NCBI GenBank assembly: GCA_020725195.1
Contig: DYFL01000005.1
Location: 48,513-80,512 of the forward strand
DNA from: Hydrogenophilus sp.
Lineage (GTDB): Bacteria > Pseudomonadota > Gammaproteobacteria > Burkholderiales > Thiobacillaceae
DNA length: 32,000 nucleotides
Reading direction: 5' to 3'
Part shown: piece by piece, positions 31,647-32,000 of the stretch
How the letters are laid out: every line of letters starts with the position of its first letter
How positions within the stretch are numbered: the stretch's first letter is position 1
Translations under genes and position numbers: made by a program
Notes under the pieces: generated by a model
What the model was told of the DNA's origin: nothing
What the model saw: the letters and a program-made list of their open reading frames with translations, nothing else
Databases searched by the model: none

Positions 31647-32000
31647 TCAGGCCCCCAGGCCGATGGCCATCATGGCGCAGCCGACGATGATGGCCCGGCG
31701 CAGCATGGCCATGGCGAACACGAAGCCATCGCCATCGACTACCTCCCAGGGGATCAGCTTGCAGTCGCCGTCCAGGTCGATGTCGCAGGCTTCCTCATCG
31801 GGCGTGATCTTGACGATGAACGAATCGGGGCGGGCGTAGGGGAAGAGGGAGCGGTCAAGCCAGTACCCGGCCACCCCGGCCATGGTGACCAGGGAGAGCT
31901 TGTAGAGGCTGACGGGAAGCTGGTGTGGATAGAGCAGGCCGATGACGGCCAGCAGCAGGACGGTGGCAATCAGCCACCCGAAAAGGCGGGGTTGTTTCAT
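31647..32000 (-). CDS. Putative holin / phage membrane protein (3 predicted TM segments)
   Basis: 117 aa. Hydrophobic segments are LFGWLIATVLLLAVIGLLY, LSLVTMAGVAGYWL and AIIVGCAMMAIGLGA. It lies immediately upstream of the endolysin. The ATG sits on the last three bases of the window, so the true start could be further upstream. Confidence 0.45.
   Translation of the reverse strand: MKQPRLFGWLIATVLLLAVIGLLYPHQLPVSLYKLSLVTMAGVAGYWLDRSLFPYARPDSFIVKITPDEEACDIDLDGDCKLIPWEVVDGDGFVFAMAMLRRAIIVGCAMMAIGLGA

Larger units (their letters stand above)
23622..32000 (-). mobile_element. Mu-like transposable prophage, end-proximal part (lysis + head-assembly genes); continues beyond window end
   Basis: Minus-strand operon in Mu order: holin-like, endolysin, Rz/Rz1, gp25/26-position protein, gp27-like (DUF1804), terminase L (gp28-like), portal (gp29/DUF935-like), F (gp30-like) and G (gp31-like). 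It ends 176 nt from the end-like repeat region. Confidence 0.7.

Noticed and set aside
16113-32000. Search for a direct repeat of the tRNA-Ala 3' end (attR) or a second Mu-like terminus inside the window
   Set aside because: Scanning by eye found none. Both right-hand boundaries are presumably beyond 32000, so element sizes cannot be given.

Overview
High-GC, gammaproteobacterial-type chromosome segment in two parts. All family assignments come from motif recognition by eye on the ORF track and my own reverse-complement reading. No database search or folding was run.

**1-16112, conserved core, almost fully explained.**
- The start of the dcw cell-division cluster sits on the minus strand: ftsI (partial), ftsL, rsmH and mraZ, with a recognisable promoter and MraZ-box array.
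- A perfect (GAGTGGG)x6 tandem repeat follows, then RNase P RNA (rnpB), pyrC, rsmI and the divergent yraN-diaA-dolP cluster.
- The remaining genes are ubiD, an ankyrin-repeat protein, a TonB-dependent receptor plus YfiR-like pair, a hexose-6-phosphate mutarotase-like gene, an inverted REP-like pair, ilvD, lgt and tRNA-Ala(CGC).

**16113-32000, accessory DNA that looks like two nested mobile elements.**
- A tRNA-Ala-associated island is opened by a P4-type tyrosine integrase. It carries an AT-richer orphan gene, AlpA, five coupled small ORFs, a RepA-like AAA ATPase with an HTH, a GCAAC iteron cluster and three tandem small paralogues.
- The island's last + strand gene is cut after 27 codons at 23621/23622. 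The cut coincides with a sequence that resembles the terminal MuA-type repeat region of a Mu-like transposable prophage.
- The Mu-like part is on the minus strand and runs past the window end. It carries a holin-like gene, a secreted SLT endolysin, Rz with embedded Rz1, a gp27-like gene, large terminase, portal, two AT-richer morons (one MazG-like), and MuF-like and gpG-like genes.
- gpG abuts the putative element end. Protease/scaffold, major capsid and all tail genes are missing from where Mu-like genomes place them. This nested, head-assembly-only Mu-derived module is the most unusual thing in the window.
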